A stretch of DNA of 64,000 bases from Minisyncoccia bacterium (GTDB taxonomy: Bacteria; Patescibacteriota; Minisyncoccia; Phycocordibacterales; UBA1006), in the NCBI GenBank assembly GCA_044229075.1, contig JBGATS010000002.1, positions 40,058-104,057 of the forward strand, written 5' to 3'. The notes under the pieces are model-generated. The model made no database searches and was not told the origin of the DNA. It saw nothing but the letters and a program-made list of their open reading frames with translations. How positions within the stretch are numbered: position 1 is the first letter of the stretch; the number at the start of each line of letters is the position of its first letter. A program made the position numbers and the translations under genes. Of this stretch, positions 63,794-64,000 are shown one piece after another.

Positions 63794-64000
63794 ATGAACA
63801 AATTCTTTCTATATGCGAGAAAATCTACCGACGAGCCAGATCGTCAGATTTTGAGTATTGAGGCACAAATTGACGAATTGAAAGAATTTGCAGAGCGAGA
63901 GCAGTTAGAGATTGTTGAAACTTTTATTGAATCACAAACCGCTAAGGAGCCGGGCAGACCTATTTTCAACAATATGCTCTCGCTCATAGAAAAAGGCAAA
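63794..64000 (+). CDS. Serine recombinase, N-terminal fragment (continues beyond window)
   Basis: MNKFFLYARKSTDEPDRQILSIEAQIDELKEFAEREQLEIVETFIESQTAKEPGRPIF matches the N-terminus of the island recombinase at 27709-28974 (YARKST...SI..Q). Confidence 0.7.
   Translation, partial: MNKFFLYARKSTDEPDRQILSIEAQIDELKEFAEREQLEIVETFIESQTAKEPGRPIFNNMLSLIEKGK

Noticed and set aside
1-64000. CRISPR arrays, rRNA genes, IS elements with terminal inverted repeats
   Set aside because: No regularly spaced direct repeats, rRNA-like conserved blocks or transposase ORFs were seen anywhere in the window.

Overview
This 64-kb window is a low-GC bacterial chromosome segment with compact genes, many nearly leaderless transcripts, and a recurring extended -10 motif TGGTATACT. 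I could not assign the organism from sequence. Candidate Phyla Radiation/Patescibacteria-like is my guess, not established.

The core genes are housekeeping. They include ychF (3' part), leuS, murJ, lepA, valS, tsaD, a gmk-cmk fusion, tlyA, trxB, ftsZ, an S41 peptidase, rplI, rpmA, gltX, murG, ftsW, mraY, scpA/scpB, aspS, trpS, an rlmB-like methyltransferase, an ABC exporter and a Pif1-like helicase. There are six tRNAs: Arg-CCT, Phe-GAA, Val-GAC, Glu-TTC and Gln-CTG, plus the one listed first.

The most unusual observations are these:
- **LeuRS domain inserts:** the LeuRS ORF is 1156 aa and carries two complete NUDIX-box hydrolase domains inserted in-frame.
- **ValRS domain insert:** the ValRS ORF is 907 aa and carries a complete histidine-phosphatase (PGAM-like, RHGxxxN...H) domain inserted in-frame.
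- **Integrated island at tRNA-Glu:** a ~12-kb island lies downstream of tRNA-Glu, with a 13-bp direct repeat at both edges.
  - It holds a C-protein/restriction/C5-methyltransferase module that resembles M.HaeIII.
  - It holds a large serine recombinase.
  - It holds an unassigned cassette of a SAM-methyltransferase, a membrane-anchored B12-radical-SAM enzyme and a class-V PLP enzyme, preceded by a duplicated 34-bp promoter/operator repeat.
  - It holds phage-like genes: ParB-methyltransferase, a TerS-like protein and an HhH-GPD-like protein.
  - It holds a candidate origin region.
- **T-box riboswitch:** a T-box leader (AATTGAGGGTGGCACCGCGG plus terminator) lies on the minus strand upstream of aspS.
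- **Candidate phase-variable promoter:** a (TA)8 tract sits in the spacer of a promoter driving a secreted beta-barrel-like protein.
- **Accessory proteins near the 5' end:** the block includes a DUF333-Kazal-PG-binding secreted protein and ART-PolyVal-like proteins.
- **Second element at the window end:** tRNA-Gln is followed by GC-rich DNA and the N-terminus of a second serine recombinase.

All calls come from reading the translated ORFs and the raw sequence. No database searches were run.
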